Both the position numbers and the translations under genes were made by a program. A stretch of DNA of 63,320 bases, the filler included, from Octopus bimaculoides (taxonomy: Eukaryota): the NCBI RefSeq assembly GCF_001194135.2. It is 7 parts of 6 records of this genome, joined end to end, with 100 filler letters (N's around TTAATTAATTAA, not from the genome) between each part and the next. Parts side by side here need not be neighbours in the genome. Positions count along the whole stretch, not along the records: positions 61,993 to 63,320 come from NW_026418650.1; 6 more parts are not named here. The stretch is one strand, 5' to 3'. Positions 62,501-63,320 of the stretch are shown in pieces (positions within the stretch are counted from its first letter, which is position 1; each line of letters starts with the position of its first letter). Below the pieces are notes generated by a model that saw only the letters and a program-made list of their open reading frames with translations, did no database searches and was not told the DNA's origin.

Positions 62501-63320
62501 ATAATGAGGATGATTATTAATCACAAGAATTGTTTCGACACATCTAGCCTCGACTCCTCTTGTGGGACACACAAGAATTGGTTCATGTGTATCCGGTGGT
62601 GCAGACGTATCTTATCAGGTGATAAATAAATAAAAAATCTTGTTAAAATAACTGTTCCATAATGCAAGTTTCCATTTTGTAGAGAGAAAAACAGCCAGAC
62701 GGAGGAAAATTCTTCATATATATAGATGATCCAAAAATAAAATTGCAGAAGAAAAAAAGAGAAATGAACACTTAATCCAGCGAGAAATATATCTATCTAT
62801 TTTTTATTTATTTATTTATTTATGGGTTTCAGCCAAGTGGCTGTGGTCATGCTGGAGCACCACCGTGATTTTCTGTCTTTATGCTTTGCTCTCTTCACGT
62901 TCCTTGCATGGCTCTTCTCCTGCACCTGATATAGTCCAATATATATATATACATATACATACAAACATATATATATGTATATATACAAACATAGCTAAAC
63001 AAATTTACATCTCTATATACAAATAATACCTATCTACATATAGACCCGCACTCACACCAAATGTTTTGTATGCAAGTATAATTTTTTAATCTTTCTTTGA
63101 AATAATCTTACGTATAATTCAGGTTGGGTGCATGAAACAATTACGAAAGAAGCCTTTTCTCTCCTTTCATATAAAGTATTACAGTCTTTGCATTACACTT
63201 CACTGAGACTGACTCAACTAAAATGGCTGCTGAATATAATTATTTTCCTCCCCACCAATTTCTAATCAATCATCATTTTAGTTTCAGGTTCATACACACA
63301 CACACACACACACACACACA

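Overview
AT-rich, microsatellite- and SINE-dense animal genomic DNA with many N gaps. The repeat content looks like an octopus genome, but that is inference. Six identical artificial 100-bp spacers (44 N + TTAATTAATTAA + 44 N) split the window into seven joined pieces, so adjacency across them is not evidence of linkage. The one host gene I can support is a secreted family-18 (GH18) chitinase-like gene on the minus strand. Three phase-compatible coding exons are visible (39767-39710, 38269-38087, 34733-34571), and the catalytic exon is not in the readable sequence. The rest is transposon debris: several tRNA-derived SINE families, R4/Dong-type RLE LINEs next to microsatellites, DD34D mariner and DD37D maT fragments, a Helitron/HINE-like element and a Penelope-like GIY-YIG fragment. 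The most interesting signal is a set of minimal hammerhead ribozyme motifs. One sits at the 3' end of the Penelope fragment. Four more belong to three copies of a repeat family that joins a tRNA-like Pol III head, an (AAT)n tract and a hammerhead-bearing tail, with inverted terminal duplications and TSDs. This is a candidate ribozyme-carrying SINE mobilised by Penelope machinery. Almost all ORFs in the supplied track are microsatellite or N-gap artefacts.
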